Positions 39,492 to 49,833 of a DNA stretch of 64,000 bases are shown here, piece after piece. This stretch comes from Dehalococcoidia bacterium (GTDB taxonomy: Bacteria; Chloroflexota; Dehalococcoidia; Bin125). The translations under genes were made by a program, and so were the position numbers. The first letter of the stretch is position 1; each line of letters begins with the position of its first letter. Where the stretch lies: positions 352,001 through 416,000 of the forward strand of contig CAXXNO010000004.1 in the NCBI GenBank assembly GCA_963663235.2. The letters run 5' to 3'. The notes under the pieces are model-generated. The model did not search any database. It saw only the letters and a list, made by a program, of their open reading frames with translations, and was not told where the DNA came from.

Positions 39492-40556
39492 CTAAGCCTT
39501 TTCCACCTGGATGAAATCGAGTTCGACTGGTATCTCGCGGCCGAACATGGTGATGAGCGCGCGGACCTTCCCCTTTTCGAGGTTGATTTGGTCCACGAGC
39601 GCCATGAAGTCCTGGAACGGCCCTTCCACCACGCGGACGGTATCGCCGATCTCGAACCCGACGCGCACGCGGGGCACCGCGACCCGCATCTGCCGCAGGA
39701 TGGTCTTGACTTCCTCGCGCGGCAGGGGCTTGGGTTCGTCCGTGCCGACGAAGCCGGTGACCCCCGGCGTGTTGCGCACCACGTACCAGGTATCGTTGTC
39801 CAGGATCATTTCGACCAGCACGTAGCCGGGCAGCAAGCGGCGTTGGACCTGGCGGCGCTGGCCGCCGCGGATCTCCAACTCTTCTTCGGTGGGAACGACC
39901 ACGCGGAAGATGCGGTCCGTCACGTCCATGCTGGCGACGCGGCGCTCCAGGTTTTCTTGGACGCGGTGCTCGTGGCCTGAGTAGGTGTTGAGCACGTACC
40001 AGGAGCGGGCGTCGGTGGGCGGCGGACCGATGAGTTCGTCCCCTTCGTCCACCTCCTCTTCGGGTTCCGCCTCGGCCGGCTCCTCCAGGACAGGCAGCAC
40101 CTCCTCGGCTTTCGCAGTGGGCTGATCAAGCCCCAGACGGGCGGCGAGGCGCGTGGCCTCTTCCCGGTCGGCGTCGGCCGCCGGGGCGCGCTTCTCATCC
40201 AGGCCGAGTTGCCGCGCCGTTTTCAACGCTTCGCGATACTCACGCTCGGCGGCGCTCAGTTGCGGCTCGTCGGCGGGGGGCGCGGCGGCTGCGTCGGTGC
40301 TCGGTGGCGGCTCGTCGGCGGGGGGCGCGGCGGCCTCGTCGGCGCTCGGCGGCGGCTCGTCGGCGGGGGGCGCGGTGGCTGCGTCGGCGCTCGGTGGCGG
40401 CTCGTCGGCGGGGGGCGCGGTGGCGGTGTCGGTGTCCACTTGCGGCTCGTCGCCGGAGGGCGCGGCGGCGGCGTCGGCGCGGTCGTCGGTCGGGGCTGTG
40501 TCCGGCGTCGACTCGTCCTTGGGTGGCTGGGGAGACTCGGTGGTTCCAGTTGTCAT
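39492..40556 (-). CDS. nusG: transcription factor NusG with about 175-aa N-terminal extension
   Basis: [50 protein letters not shown]. Confidence 0.95.
   Translation of the reverse strand: MTTGTTESPQPPKDESTPDTAPTDDRADAAAAPSGDEPQVDTDTATAPPADEPPPSADAATAPPADEPPPSADEAAAPPADEPPPSTDAAAAPPADEPQLSAAEREYREALKTARQLGLDEKRAPAADADREEATRLAARLGLDQPTAKAEEVLPVLEEPAEAEPEEEVDEGDELIGPPPTDARSWYVLNTYSGHEHRVQENLERRVASMDVTDRIFRVVVPTEEELEIRGGQRRQVQRRLLPGYVLVEMILDNDTWYVVRNTPGVTGFVGTDEPKPLPREEVKTILRQMRVAVPRVRVGFEIGDTVRVVEGPFQDFMALVDQINLEKGKVRALITMFGREIPVELDFIQVEKA
40261..40490 (-). repeat. 45-nt tandem repeat x5 in the nusG 5' extension
   Basis: gcggctcgtcggcggggggcgcgg at 40262, 40307, 40352, 40397 and degenerate at 40442; encodes [15 protein letters not shown]. 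Confidence 0.92.
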
Positions 40557-40560
40557 GACA

Positions 40561-41007
40561 TCACGGTAGGAGCACGCGCTCTAGGAGACGTGAGAAGCCC
40601 CAGTCGACGGCGCCGAGGAACGCCCCGATGCTGACCGACACGATCACCACGACGGTCGTCAGGCTCCGGGTTTCCTGGCGGCTGGGCCAGACGACTTTGC
40701 GGAGCTCGTCGACCACTTCGATGATGAGACGGGGATGGGTGAGCCGGTAGAGGCGTCCGCGCTCCTCGCGGGGCGCACTGGGCCGTTGCGGTTGGGCGCG
40801 CCGAGGCCGGAGGGTGACGTCGGCAGCGGCGACATCGGTTGGTGGGGCGATCTGCTGCTGCGCGGGCGGCGGCGGCATACCCTCCGCGTCCTCCGGGGTC
40901 GTCTCCGGCGTAGCGACGCGAGGGGTGGCGGGCAGGGTGGAGCGGGCGCCGGGCCGGGCCTGACGGCGGCGGCGGCGAGATCGCCTGTTGGAGGCCGGCG
41001 GGCTCAT
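40561..41007 (-). CDS. secE: preprotein translocase subunit SecE
   Basis: ELRKVVWPSRQE plus one C-terminal TM; between rpmG and nusG; GAGGAG RBS. Confidence 0.93.
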   Translation of the reverse strand: MSPPASNRRSRRRRRQARPGARSTLPATPRVATPETTPEDAEGMPPPPAQQQIAPPTDVAAADVTLRPRRAQPQRPSAPREERGRLYRLTHPRLIIEVVDELRKVVWPSRQETRSLTTVVVIVSVSIGAFLGAVDWGFSRLLERVLLP

Positions 41008-41025
41008 TGATCCGCTGCTCCTCCT

Positions 41026-41187
41026 CTAGCGCGTTTCCCGATACACCTGATGGCGGCGGCAGCGCGGGCAGTACTTGCGCAACTCTAGCCGATTGGAGTC
41101 GTTGCGCTTGTTCTTGGTGGAGTGATAGCTGCGATCGCGACATTCCGTGCAGGCAAGCGTGATGTGGATGCGGTCTCCTTTGGCCAC
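41026..41187 (-). CDS. rpmG: 50S ribosomal protein L33 (Zn-ribbon type), below the ORF-track cutoff
   Basis: Hand translation [53 protein letters not shown]. Confidence 0.96.
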   Translation of the reverse strand: MAKGDRIHITLACTECRDRSYHSTKNKRNDSNRLELRKYCPRCRRHQVYRETR

Positions 41188-41191
41188 GGCT

Positions 41192-42391
41192 CTACTCCAG
41201 GATCTCGGTGGCGGCGCCGGCGCCGACGGTACGGCCGCCCTCGCGGATGGCGAAGCGCAGGCCGGGTTCTAGGGCGATGGGGCTGATGAGGCGGATGGTG
41301 AGGGTGACGTTGTCGCCGGGCATGGCCATCTCCACGCCGGCGGGCAGCTCGATGGCGCCGGTGACGTCGGTGGTGCGGATGTAGAACTGGGGCCGGTAGC
41401 CGGGGAAGAAGGGGGTGTGGCGGCCGCCCTCTTCCTTGGAGAGGATGTAGACCTCGGCCAGGAAGGTGGTGTGGGGGGTGATGGAGCCGGGGGCGGCCAG
41501 CACCTGGCCGCGCTCGATGTCCTCGCGCTCGATGCCGCGCAGGAGGCAGCCCACGTTGTCGCCGGCCTCGCCGGCGTCCATGCTCTTTTTGAACATCTCC
41601 ACCCCGGTGACCACGGTGCTGCGGGTGTCTTGCAGGCCGACGATCTCCACCGTGTCGCTGGTGTGCACGGTACCGCGCTCGATGCGCCCGGTGACCACGG
41701 TGCCCCGCCCCTTGATGCCGAAGACGTCCTCGATGGGCATGAGGAAGGGCTGGTCCTTGGCCCGCGGGGGCGTGGGGATGTAGGTGTCCACCGCCTCCAG
41801 CAGGGCCTGGATGGGGGCGTAGGCCGGGCCCTGGGGGTCGTCTGCGGTCGCCTCCAGGGCTTGGAGGGCGGAGCCGCGGATGATGGGCACCTCGTCGCCG
41901 GGGAATTCGTAGCGGCTCAAGAGCTCGCGCATCTCCAGCTCCACCAGGTCCAGGAGCTCGGGGTCCTCCATCTGGTCCACCTTGTTGAGGAAGACCACGA
42001 TCTTGGGCACCCCCACCTGGCGGGCCAAGAGGATGTGCTCCCGGGTCTGGGGCATGGGGCCGTCCGGGGCCGCCACGACCAGGATGGCCCCGTCCATCTG
42101 CGCCGCGCCGGTGATCATGTTCTTGATGTAGTCGGCGTGCCCGGGGGCGTCGATGTGGGCGTAGTGGCGCGCCGCCGTCTCGTACTCCACGTGGGCGATG
42201 GCGATGGTGATGCCCCGCTCTTTCTCCTCCGGGGCGTTGTCGATGCTGGCGAAGGAGCGGAACTCCGCCCCGCCGCCAAAGCCCAGCACTTTCGTGATCG
42301 CCGCCGTCAAGGTGGTCTTGCCGTGGTCCACGTGGCCGATGGTGCCCACGTTGGCGTGCGGCTTGGTCCGCTCAAACTTGCCTCGCGCCAT
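41192..42391 (-). CDS. tuf: elongation factor Tu
   Basis: [40 protein letters not shown]. Confidence 0.99.
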   Translation of the reverse strand: MARGKFERTKPHANVGTIGHVDHGKTTLTAAITKVLGFGGGAEFRSFASIDNAPEEKERGITIAIAHVEYETAARHYAHIDAPGHADYIKNMITGAAQMDGAILVVAAPDGPMPQTREHILLARQVGVPKIVVFLNKVDQMEDPELLDLVELEMRELLSRYEFPGDEVPIIRGSALQALEATADDPQGPAYAPIQALLEAVDTYIPTPPRAKDQPFLMPIEDVFGIKGRGTVVTGRIERGTVHTSDTVEIVGLQDTRSTVVTGVEMFKKSMDAGEAGDNVGCLLRGIEREDIERGQVLAAPGSITPHTTFLAEVYILSKEEGGRHTPFFPGYRPQFYIRTTDVTGAIELPAGVEMAMPGDNVTLTIRLISPIALEPGLRFAIREGGRTVGAGAATEILE

Positions 42392-42422
42392 GATCAACGT
42401 CTCCTGCGTGAGAGGGTGGCGG

Positions 42423-42498
42423 TGGAGCCCACATCCAGATTCGAACTGGAGACCTCGTTCTTACCAAGAACGCGCTCTACCAACTGAGCTATGTGGGC
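42423..42498 (-). tRNA. tRNA-Thr (GGT)
   Basis: GCCCACA...GTTCT-TGGTAA-GAAC...GTTCGAATC...TGTGGGCTCCA cloverleaf with encoded CCA. Confidence 0.96.
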
Positions 42499-42531
42499 GC
42501 GACCGTTTGCTCTTTCTTCTTGCCGCATGAT

Positions 42532-42619
42532 TGGTGCTGGGGGCAGGATTCGAACCTGCGTAGCCCGTCCGGGCGCCAGTTTTACAGACTGGTGGTATTA
42601 GCCACTCACCCACCCCAGC
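42532..42619 (-). tRNA. tRNA-Tyr (GTA)
   Basis: GCTGGGG...CCAGT-CTGTAAA-ACTGG, long variable arm, GGTTCGAATCC, ...CCCCAGCACCA. Confidence 0.95.
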
Positions 42620-42654
42620 GGGGGCTCCGGACCGCCGGCGGCGCTCGGCAGGGC

Positions 42655-42729
42655 TGGAGCCCGAGAAGGGAGTCGAACCCCTAACCTGCCGATTACAAAT
42701 CGGCTGCGCTGCCGTTGCGCCACTCGGGC
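42655..42729 (-). tRNA. tRNA-Thr (TGT)
   Basis: GCCCGAG...GCCGA-TTTGTAA-TCGGC...GGTTCGACTCC...CTCGGGCTCCA. Confidence 0.95.
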
Positions 42730-42754
42730 CAGCCGACTCTCGACCGCGCCAACG

Positions 42755-42780
42755 AAAAAAGCGCACGCTAATGCGCGCGC
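42755..42780 (-). terminator. intrinsic-terminator-like hairpin upstream of the tRNA cluster
   Basis: Minus strand GCGCGCGC-ATTA-GCGTGCGC-TTTTTT. Confidence 0.55.
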
Positions 42781-42791
42781 CTGTCAAGCGA

Positions 42792-42821
42792 AGTATACGG
42801 GCGGTTTCAGAAAGGGGTCAA
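42792..42821 (-). promoter_or_regulatory. promoter of the tRNA-tuf operon
   Basis: Minus strand TTGACC-N18-TATACT. Confidence 0.7.
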
Positions 42822-42838
42822 GCGAGGCCGGGCCGGGC

Positions 42839-44266
<1,428 letters not shown>

Positions 44267-44321
44267 TGCGTTTCGTGTTCCGCCTCGGTTGCTGCGGCCG
44301 CTGGTCGATCCCGGCGTCGCG

Positions 44322-44807
44322 TCAGGAGCGCGCCGTTCCGATCTGGGCCACGGCCTGTGCGGCGATGCCTTCGCCGCGTCCGAGTGCGCCCATCCCTTCG
44401 GCACTGCTCGCCTTGACGTTCACGGCTCCCGGATCGACCCCGAGCGACCGCGCCAGCCTGGCGCGCATGGCGGGGATGTGCGGGGCGAGACGGGGCCGTT
44501 CCGCCACGACGGTGGCGTCCACGTTGCCCACACGATACCCGTGTCTCGCGAGCAAGGCGACCGTGCGTCCCAGCAGATCCTGGCTGTCGGCGTTGGCCCA
44601 CTGCGGATCGTCGGCCGGGAAATGCGCGCCGATGTCGCCCAGCGCGGCGGCGCCGAGCAGCGCGTCGATGATGGCGTGGGTGAGGACGTCGGCGTCGGAG
44701 TGTCCGTCGAGGCCGTCCGCGTCGGGGATGAGGACGCCGCCGAGGATCAGGGGCCGGGCCGCGTCGAAGCGGTGACTGTCGGAGCCGAAGCCGATACGCG
44801 CGTCCAT
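44322..44807 (-). CDS. ispF: MEcPP synthase
   Basis: RIGFGSDSH, GHSDADVLTHAIIDALLGA, GDIGAHFP, GRGEGIAA. Confidence 0.96.
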   Translation of the reverse strand: MDARIGFGSDSHRFDAARPLILGGVLIPDADGLDGHSDADVLTHAIIDALLGAAALGDIGAHFPADDPQWANADSQDLLGRTVALLARHGYRVGNVDATVVAERPRLAPHIPAMRARLARSLGVDPGAVNVKASSAEGMGALGRGEGIAAQAVAQIGTARS

Positions 44808-44817
44808 CTCCGCGTGG

Positions 44818-45519
44818 TCAGGGCCGGAGCGCCGGCGCCTCGGCGCGGGTGGCGAGCAGCGCCTCCGCGATCTCGAGGTCTTCCGGCGTGGTGATCTTCA
44901 GGTTGCCGGCGGCGCCGTCATACAGGATCACCGGGACGCCGAGGGCCTCGACCAGCATGGCGTCGTCGCTGACGTCGGGCGCGGCGGCGGCGTGGGCCCG
45001 GGCCAGGAGGTCCCGCGCGAACGCTTGCGGCGTCTGCACGGCCCAGAGCCGGTCGCGCGGCAGGGTGCGCGTCACGACCCGTCCGTCATCGCTCTCTTTG
45101 ACAGTGTCGCGCAGCGGCAGCGCCGGCACGGCGGCGCCGTGGCGATGGGCGAGCGTCAGACCGTTCTCGATGATGGCGCGGGTCGCGAAGGGGCGGGCCG
45201 TGTCGTGCACGGCCACGAGGTCGCAGGGGGGCAGGGCGCGCAGCCCGCAGGCGACCGAGTCCTGCCGGCGCGCGCCGCCGGGGACGACGTCCGCCACCTT
45301 GCCGGCGCCGTGCTCGGCCGCGAGCGCGACCAGGGAATCGTGGTTGGCGGGCCCGCTGACGATCACGATGGTATCGATGGCCGGACAGGCGGCGAAGGTC
45401 CGCAGCGAGTGCGCGGCCACTGGGAGCCCCCCAAGCAGCGTCAGCGTCTTCTCGACACCGCGCATGCGTTCGCTGCGCCCGGCGGCCAGCAGGATCGCGC
45501 CGCCGCGCGGCGGGCTCAT
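44818..45519 (-). CDS. ispD: MEP cytidylyltransferase
   Basis: LAAGRSERM, GGARRQDSV, VHDTARP, VQTPQAF, NLKITTPED. Confidence 0.96.
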   Translation of the reverse strand: MSPPRGGAILLAAGRSERMRGVEKTLTLLGGLPVAAHSLRTFAACPAIDTIVIVSGPANHDSLVALAAEHGAGKVADVVPGGARRQDSVACGLRALPPCDLVAVHDTARPFATRAIIENGLTLAHRHGAAVPALPLRDTVKESDDGRVVTRTLPRDRLWAVQTPQAFARDLLARAHAAAAPDVSDDAMLVEALGVPVILYDGAAGNLKITTPEDLEIAEALLATRAEAPALRP

Positions 45520-46565
45520 CCTCGGACCTCGGGCCCCGCCACCGCCGGTTCCAATGCCGTGAAGACCATGCGCCCGGCGGAGGTCTGGATCACGCGCGTG
45601 ACCTCCACCGCGACCTCCTGGCCCAACAGGCGCCGGCCGCCCTCGACGACGACCATGGTGCCGTCATCCAAGAACCCGACACCTTGGTCGTGTTCGCGTC
45701 CCTCCTGCTGTATCTGGAGTTGCAGCGTCTCCCCGGGGAGGAACTGCGCGCGGACCGCCTGGGCCAGGCCGTTGAAGTTGAGCACCCGCAGGTTCTCGAC
45801 CCCGGCCACGCTGCTGAGGTTGTAGTCCGTGGTCAGCACCACCGCCCCGCGGGCGCGGGCCAAGGCGAGCACTTTGGCGTCGACCTCGGCGTGTTCGGGG
45901 AAGTCCTGGTCGTCGATGGTGACGCGCACGTGTCCTTCCGACTGCAGGCGGGTCAGCGCGCTCAGGCCGCGCCGGCCGCGCTGGCGCCGGAGGGGCTCTG
46001 GGCTGTCCGCGATGTGCCGCAGCTCATCCAGCACGAAGCGCGGGATCACCAACTCGCCCAGGATGAACCCGGTGGCGGCGATGTCCCGGAGGCGGCCGTC
46101 GATGATGGCGCTGGTGTCGACGACGATGCATGGTGGGTCGCGATCGCGTCGTGCGGCGTTGCCGGTGGCGGCGTCGATCGCGCCGGCCAGGGTGCGATTG
46201 CGCAGCGCACTGAGCCAGCGCTCGACTTCCGCGCGGCGGCTCAAGGCGACGGCGATTCCGACGGGGGCCAAGACGACGGCGATGCCGATGGGGGCGAAGT
46301 CGCCCGCACGACCCGGGACGGCGACCAGCGCCGGCGTCAGGATGGCGGCCGGCACGAGCGCGGCCACGAGCCCCAGGCCGCCCAGCACGATCTCGAGAGT
46401 GGTGAGTCGCTCCTGCAACATCAGGTGGATGGTCCGCCAGGGCCAGAACGCCGCCATGATCACCGTTGTCGCGGCATTGCTGAGAGCGTGCATTGGCAAC
46501 CCTGTGCGCGGCCACGGGACCGGCGCTCGCCAGCCGCCGCGGTGGGGCCCCCGGGGAGGGACCAC
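45516..46565 (-). CDS. PIN/TRAM domain membrane protein (YacL-like)
   Basis: TM region, VDTSAIIDGR, RGRRGL, TTDYNL, QGVGFLDDGTMVVVE, QTSAGRMVF; start uncertain (46565 or 46493). Confidence 0.9.
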   Translation of the reverse strand: MVPPRGPHRGGWRAPVPWPRTGLPMHALSNAATTVIMAAFWPWRTIHLMLQERLTTLEIVLGGLGLVAALVPAAILTPALVAVPGRAGDFAPIGIAVVLAPVGIAVALSRRAEVERWLSALRNRTLAGAIDAATGNAARRDRDPPCIVVDTSAIIDGRLRDIAATGFILGELVIPRFVLDELRHIADSPEPLRRQRGRRGLSALTRLQSEGHVRVTIDDQDFPEHAEVDAKVLALARARGAVVLTTDYNLSSVAGVENLRVLNFNGLAQAVRAQFLPGETLQLQIQQEGREHDQGVGFLDDGTMVVVEGGRRLLGQEVAVEVTRVIQTSAGRMVFTALEPAVAGPEVRG

Positions 46566-46640
46566 CTGAATTCATGCTACCGATCGCCGCGAAGGCTGGA
46601 AAGCGGAGGCCGCGGGAGCCGTCGCGCGCGGCCGCGGGGG

Positions 46641-47270
46641 CTAGTCGAAGGAGCCGATCAAGGCTTCCAAGCCCACGTCGCCGCCGAACGCGAGGAGCGT
46701 GTTCTTGATGGTCTTGCCCACGAAGACCGTCAGCAGGAAATGCCAGATCGGCATGCGCACGGCGCCCGCGACGAAGCCGCCGATATCGAAGATGGGGTTG
46801 GGGATGACCGAGAGCACGAACATGGTGGCGATGCCGTGTTGTCGCATCCAGCCTTCGAGGTGGCGATAGCCCGATCGATTTTCGATCACCGGCCGTCCCC
46901 CCAGGCCGGCAACGTAGCCGGTGAGCTCCCCCAGCGTTTCCCCCAACGCGGCGACGACGCCGACCACGAGGAAGAAGGGGATGCCGATCACGTCGTCGAC
47001 TACCTGACCGCTGCCCACGACGACCGCGGCGCCGGGCAGCGGCAGCGCCACGGAGGCGGAGCCGACCAGGGCGATCAGGAAGATGCCGAGATAGCCGAAC
47101 TGGCGCAGCTCCTGCAGGTCAAAGTCCAGGAAGAAGAAGAGGAACGCGAGGACGGAGATGAACAGGGCGACGAGGACGAGGACGGTGTACTCGCGCCGCC
47201 AGCGCCGCGGTCGCGCGGGTGCGCCTTCGGCCTCCATGGTTTCGTCGGGAGCCGCGCGCGATTCAACCAT
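46641..47270 (-). CDS. VTT/DedA (SNARE-associated) membrane protein
   Basis: GYLGIFL, LPLPG, GETLGELTGY..G, VIPNPIFDIGG, GKTIK. Confidence 0.85.
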   Translation of the reverse strand: MVESRAAPDETMEAEGAPARPRRWRREYTVLVLVALFISVLAFLFFFLDFDLQELRQFGYLGIFLIALVGSASVALPLPGAAVVVGSGQVVDDVIGIPFFLVVGVVAALGETLGELTGYVAGLGGRPVIENRSGYRHLEGWMRQHGIATMFVLSVIPNPIFDIGGFVAGAVRMPIWHFLLTVFVGKTIKNTLLAFGGDVGLEALIGSFD

Positions 47271-47431
47271 CAGGGGTGCGTGGCACGATACGCGGGCCCT
47301 TCAACCTGGGCAAGCGAAGCGATGGGAGTATCGCGGTGCGGCTAGCCAAGTGGGCGCGGGTTCTTTAGGGTCTTTACAGTAGCGTACCGTTCACAGTGAT
47401 CGGCCGACCGCCGCTGGAGAGGGAGAGAACC

Positions 47432-49315
47432 GTGCCTCGGATCGACCTAGACCCGCTGCTGGCAGGCGTGTCCAAGCCTGCCCGCTATACCGGGGGCGAA
47501 TGGAACAGCATCCGGCAACCGTGGGACGAGGCCCGGGTGCGCTGGGCGCTGATCTACCCCGACATCTACGACATCGGGATGTCCAACATGGGGCTGGCCG
47601 CGCTCTACGACATCCTCAACCGGACGCCGGACACCCTGGCCGAGCGCTGCTTCGCGCCCTGGCCGGACATGGAGGCCTCGCTGCGGGCGCATCGAGCGCT
47701 GCTGTTCAGCCTGGAGAACCGGCGCCCCCTGGGCGAGTTCGACGTCCTGGGCTTCTCGCTCTCGTACGAGCTGACCTACACAAACGTGCTCAACATGCTG
47801 GACCTGGCTGGGATCCCGGTGCGGGCTGTGGAGCGGGGGGAAGACACCCCGTTGGTGCTCTGCGGCGGCTCCGGAGCGCTGGTGCCTGAGCCGCTCGCCC
47901 CCTTCGCGGACGCCTTCGTCCTGGGGGAGGGCGAGGAGGTCGTGCTGGAGGTGAACGCGTGCGTCGCTGAGTGGAAAGGATCGGGCGGGAGCCGCCTGGA
48001 GTTGCTGCGCGCCTTGGCGCGGATCCAGGGCATCTACGTGCCGCGCTTCTACGAGTGGCGCTACAACGACGACGGCACCGTGGCCGACATCGAGGTCACG
48101 GACGAGGCGGCGCGATTGCCCGTGATCAAACGGTTTCTCCAAGGCATGCCGCCGGTGCTGACCTCGCCGATCGTGCCGTTCCTGCAGACGGTGCATGACC
48201 GCGCGGGCATTGAGATCCAGCGCGGCTGCACGCAGGGCTGCCGCTTCTGCCAAGCGGGGATGATCTACCGGCCGCTGCGAGAGCGCACGCCGGCGGAGGT
48301 GGTGGAGGCGGCGCGCGCACTGCTTGCGAGCACCGGCTACCGGGAGCTGTCCTTGGTCTCGCTGAGCAGCACGGACCACAGTCAGATTGGCGAGGTGGTG
48401 CGTGGGCTGCGGCGCGAGTTCGGAGAGGACCTCACCATTTCGCTGCCCAGCACGCGGGTGGACTCATTCAGCGTGGATGTGGCGCTGGCCTGCTCGCCGG
48501 GCAAGAAGCACAGCATGACCTTTGCGCCCGAGGCGGGCAGCCAGCGGCTGCGCAACGCCATCAACAAGCTGGTGGCCGACGAGGACCTGCTGACGGCGGC
48601 GCGGAACAGCTTTGAGAACGGCTGGACCAACATCAAGCTGTACTTCATGGTCGGCCTGCCGATGGAGACCATGACCGACGTCCAGGGGATCGTGGACTGG
48701 GCGAGCCAGGTCAAGGCGATCGGCCGGGAGATCGTGGGCAAACGCGCGCGGGTGCGAGTTTCGACGTCGAACCACGTGCCCAAGGCGCACGCTCCCTTCC
48801 AGTGGACGCGTCAGGAGACGGCCGCCGAGCTGGCGCCCAAGCACCAGCTGTTGCGGGAGGGCTGCCGCAAGGCCGGCCTCGATTTCACCTGGAACGATCC
48901 GGCGGAGTCGGTGCTGGAGGGGGTGCTCAGCCGCGGGGACCGTCGCGTGGCGGCGGTGGTGGAAGAGGCCTGGCGGCGCGGCGCGCGCTTTGACGCCTGG
49001 AGCGAGCTGCACAACGCGTCGGCCTGGCAGGCCGCCTTCGCGGCAACGGGCGTGGACCCCGCCTTCTACTGCCATCGCACCCGCGATCCGTTTGAGCGCT
49101 TCCCCTGGATGCACATCGCCAGCGGCGTGAGCGAGGCGTTCCTGCGCAAGGAGTGGAAGCGCACGGAGCAGGAGTTGACCACGCACGACTGCCGCTACGG
49201 CTGCGAGGTGTGCGGCCTGGAACGCGCCGCCGACCTCTGTACGGAGCGGCTGGAAGACCTGATCACGGCCAAGCGGGCGCGCTACCGCGGTGAACCGGCG
49301 CCGGTGGTGTCGTAG
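47432..49315 (+). CDS. TIGR03960-like B12-binding radical SAM protein
   Basis: KPARYTGGEWN, YPDIYDIGMSN, ERCFAPW, RGCTQGCRFCQAG, APEAGSQRLR, RGDRR, GARFDAW. Confidence 0.9.
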   Translation: MPRIDLDPLLAGVSKPARYTGGEWNSIRQPWDEARVRWALIYPDIYDIGMSNMGLAALYDILNRTPDTLAERCFAPWPDMEASLRAHRALLFSLENRRPLGEFDVLGFSLSYELTYTNVLNMLDLAGIPVRAVERGEDTPLVLCGGSGALVPEPLAPFADAFVLGEGEEVVLEVNACVAEWKGSGGSRLELLRALARIQGIYVPRFYEWRYNDDGTVADIEVTDEAARLPVIKRFLQGMPPVLTSPIVPFLQTVHDRAGIEIQRGCTQGCRFCQAGMIYRPLRERTPAEVVEAARALLASTGYRELSLVSLSSTDHSQIGEVVRGLRREFGEDLTISLPSTRVDSFSVDVALACSPGKKHSMTFAPEAGSQRLRNAINKLVADEDLLTAARNSFENGWTNIKLYFMVGLPMETMTDVQGIVDWASQVKAIGREIVGKRARVRVSTSNHVPKAHAPFQWTRQETAAELAPKHQLLREGCRKAGLDFTWNDPAESVLEGVLSRGDRRVAAVVEEAWRRGARFDAWSELHNASAWQAAFAATGVDPAFYCHRTRDPFERFPWMHIASGVSEAFLRKEWKRTEQELTTHDCRYGCEVCGLERAADLCTERLEDLITAKRARYRGEPAPVVS

Positions 49316-49323
49316 GGAGGCGC

Positions 49324-49827
49324 ATGAGCCGCGCGGTCCTGGAGTTCCTGATCTGGCAACTGGGCGAGGCGTTCGAGCACAAGCTGGAGCACTCGCTGCT
49401 GGCGAATCTCTCGTCGATCACCAATGACGATCTGGACGTGCTGCCGCCATCGGGCGGCCGCACCGTGCGCGATTTCATCGCGCACTGCGCGTCGGTGAAG
49501 CGCATGCACGCCGATCACGCGTTCGGCGAGGGGCGTCTCACCTGGTGGACGACCTGGGACGGCGAGGAGAAGGCGGAAGAGGCGGGCCTGGCCGCGCTGA
49601 CGGCGTGGCTGCGACGGGCGCATGCCGAAGTGCTCCGCGGGGTGACCGCCCTGGCCGACGATAGCGAGCTGTTGGTGGAGCGGCCCACGCACTGGGGTGA
49701 ACGGCGCGCGACGCGTCTCCTGGTCGACGCCATCATCATGCACGACATCTACCACGCGGGAGAGATCAACCACCTCCGCGGCCTGCTGCAGAACGCGGAC
49801 CAATTCCCGCAGGGCGGGACCAACTAA
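49324..49827 (+). CDS. DinB family protein
   Basis: RTVRDFIAH and HDIYHAGEINHLR His triad. Confidence 0.85.
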   Translation: MSRAVLEFLIWQLGEAFEHKLEHSLLANLSSITNDDLDVLPPSGGRTVRDFIAHCASVKRMHADHAFGEGRLTWWTTWDGEEKAEEAGLAALTAWLRRAHAEVLRGVTALADDSELLVERPTHWGERRATRLLVDAIIMHDIYHAGEINHLRGLLQNADQFPQGGTN

Positions 49828-49833
49828 GCGGCC

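Noticed and set aside
40261-40490. Regularly spaced repeats resembling a CRISPR array
   Set aside because: The units are contiguous in-frame coding repeats without unique spacers, and no cas genes are present.
42392-42838. Genomic island integrated at the tRNA cluster
   Set aside because: The flanks are core genes, with no duplicated tRNA 3' end, integrase or compositional shift.
44267-44321. T-box upstream of cysS
   Set aside because: Only 55 nt separate ispF and cysS, and no T-box motif is seen.
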